A stretch of 329 nt of DNA from Escherichia coli. GTDB taxonomy: Bacteria > Pseudomonadota > Gammaproteobacteria > Enterobacterales > Enterobacteriaceae. The stretch is taken from NCBI RefSeq assembly GCF_003334385.1, contig NZ_QOWN01000201.1. One strand, 5' to 3'. Made by a program: the position numbers and the translations under genes. Below are positions 1 to 329 of the stretch, piece by piece; position 1 is the first letter of the stretch; every line of letters begins with the position of its first letter. Below the pieces are notes generated by a model. That model ran no database searches. It saw nothing but the letters and a program-made list of their open reading frames with translations, and was not told the origin of the DNA.

Positions 1-159
1 TCTGAAGGTTGTTTTGAAATTGGTGTCACTATCAGTAACCCTGTATTTACTGAAGATGCCATTAACAAGAGAAAACACGAACGGGAGTTATTAAATAAAA
101 TATGCATTCTTTCAATGCTGGCCCGTTTACGTCCGATACAAAAAGGATGTGCACAATGA
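1..159 (+). CDS. 3' portion of a small ORF (52 sense codons plus TGA stop; 5' end outside window); hypothetical protein, possibly a Kil-like prophage early-region peptide (tentative)
   Basis: Frame 1 is open from position 1 to the TGA at 157-159, while frame 3 carries stops (TGA 3, 15, 51; TAA 36, 63, 96) over the same stretch. Conceptual translation: SEGCFEIGVTISNPVFTEDAINKRKHERELLNKICILSMLARLRPIQKGCAQ*. The stop overlaps the downstream start (ATGA), which is typical of real coupled genes. The C-terminus is basic and amphipathic. The Kil-like call rests only on vague recollection of short basic helical Kil peptides and of small genes of this kind sitting beside DUF1482 genes in lambdoid prophages; no alignment was run. 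Confidence 0.55.
   Translation, partial: SEGCFEIGVTISNPVFTEDAINKRKHERELLNKICILSMLARLRPIQKGCAQ
143..147 (+). promoter_or_regulatory. Shine-Dalgarno (AAGGA) for the downstream ORF
   Basis: AAGGA at 143-147 sits 8 nt upstream of the ATG at 156, which is canonical spacing. It lies inside the last codons of the upstream ORF, as expected for coupled genes. Confidence 0.6.
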
Positions 160-329
160 ATACAGCATTTGCACTTGTTCTGACAGTTTTTCTTGTTTCC
201 GGAGAGCCAGTTGATATTGCAGTCAGTGTTCACAGGACAATGCAGGAGTGTGTGACTGCAGCAACCGAACAGAAAATTCCCGGTAACTGTTACCCGGTCG
301 ATAAAGTTATTCACCAGGATAATAACGAA
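156..329 (+). CDS. 5' portion of a DUF1482-family (YebW-like) small protein; continues beyond the 3' end of the window
   Basis: ATG at 156-158 is preceded by AGGA (144-147) with an 8-nt spacer, and frame 3 is open from 99 to 329 with no stop. Translation (58 codons): MNTAFALVLTVFLVSGEPVDIAVSVHRTMQECVTAATEQKIPGNCYPVDKVIHQDNNE. From memory, E. coli YebW (DUF1482) shares the pattern FALVL.V...G...DI.V.V..T...C.......I..G.C.P....I, including both cysteines (QEC and GNCYP here). The family call is recalled, not searched. Confidence 0.8.
   Translation, partial: MNTAFALVLTVFLVSGEPVDIAVSVHRTMQECVTAATEQKIPGNCYPVDKVIHQDNNE
218..260 (+). repeat. Inverted repeat TGCAGTCA (218-225) / TGACTGCA (253-260) with 27-nt spacer; potential mRNA stem-loop
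   Basis: Read directly: the two 8-mers are exact reverse complements. TGCAG occurs three times (218-222, 241-245, 257-261). Lies wholly within the downstream ORF; the large loop makes a stable hairpin uncertain. Confidence 0.35.
282..294. repeat. Perfect 13-bp palindrome GGTAAC-T-GTTACC (imperfectly extended to 279-297)
   Basis: Read directly: 282-287 GGTAAC, 288 T, 289-294 GTTACC are exact reverse complements. The flanks CCC/CGG extend the symmetry with one mismatch per side. It overlaps codons G-N-C-Y-P of the downstream ORF. The symmetry is certain; any function is unknown. Confidence 0.5.

Noticed and set aside
14-19. TTGAAA hexamer resembling a -35 element
   Set aside because: No matching -10 hexamer at 16-19 bp downstream; it lies inside the upstream ORF.
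96-101. TAAAAT hexamer resembling a sigma-70 -10 element
   Set aside because: No acceptable -35 (best is about 3/6 to TTGACA at 17-18 bp spacing). It sits in an AT-rich coding stretch where such hexamers occur by chance, so an internal promoter cannot be supported from sequence alone.
156-225. Possible lipoprotein or classical Sec signal peptide at the N-terminus of the downstream ORF
   Set aside because: The hydrophobic core is present, but there is no lipobox cysteine and no positively charged n-region (MNT precedes the core), so a specific signal-peptide or lipoprotein call is not justified; kept only as a hypothesis in the findings.
1-329. Minus-strand reading frame (codon-aligned antisense to plus frame 3) with no stop codon across the whole window, about 109 codons
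   Set aside because: On the plus strand, no TTA, CTA or TCA triplet starts at a position divisible by 3, so this antisense frame is open. Over the downstream ORF this only requires the sense strand to avoid three codons (TTA, CTA, TCA), which is common in a short gene. The only minus-strand ATGs in this frame (plus 107-105 and 62-60) would give short N-terminally unsupported ORFs running off the left edge, with no obvious RBS. The two plus-strand ORFs with RBS and ATGA coupling explain the region better.
1-329. tRNA, rRNA, CRISPR repeats, IS terminal inverted repeats, Rho-independent terminator
   Set aside because: No GC-rich stem followed by a T-tract, no repeated spacer-repeat units, and no cloverleaf-compatible structure was seen; the window is fully covered by the two coding frames.

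Overview
This 329-nt window (about 40% GC by my hand count) holds two small same-strand ORFs joined by an ATGA stop/start overlap at 156-159. The first is the 3' end of an ORF in frame 1 (1-159; start outside the window), tentatively a Kil-like prophage early-region peptide. The second is the 5' part of an ORF in frame 3 (156-329; runs off the 3' edge) whose product resembles the DUF1482 / YebW-like family of small enterobacterial proteins, an assignment made from memory rather than a search. An AGGA Shine-Dalgarno precedes the second start. Inside the second ORF are a perfect 13-bp palindrome and an 8-bp inverted repeat. No RNA gene, CRISPR array or mobile-element end is visible. The window looks like a piece of a prophage or accessory small-gene operon; nothing here by itself demonstrates a novel system, and the most useful lead is the coupled pair of uncharacterised small proteins.
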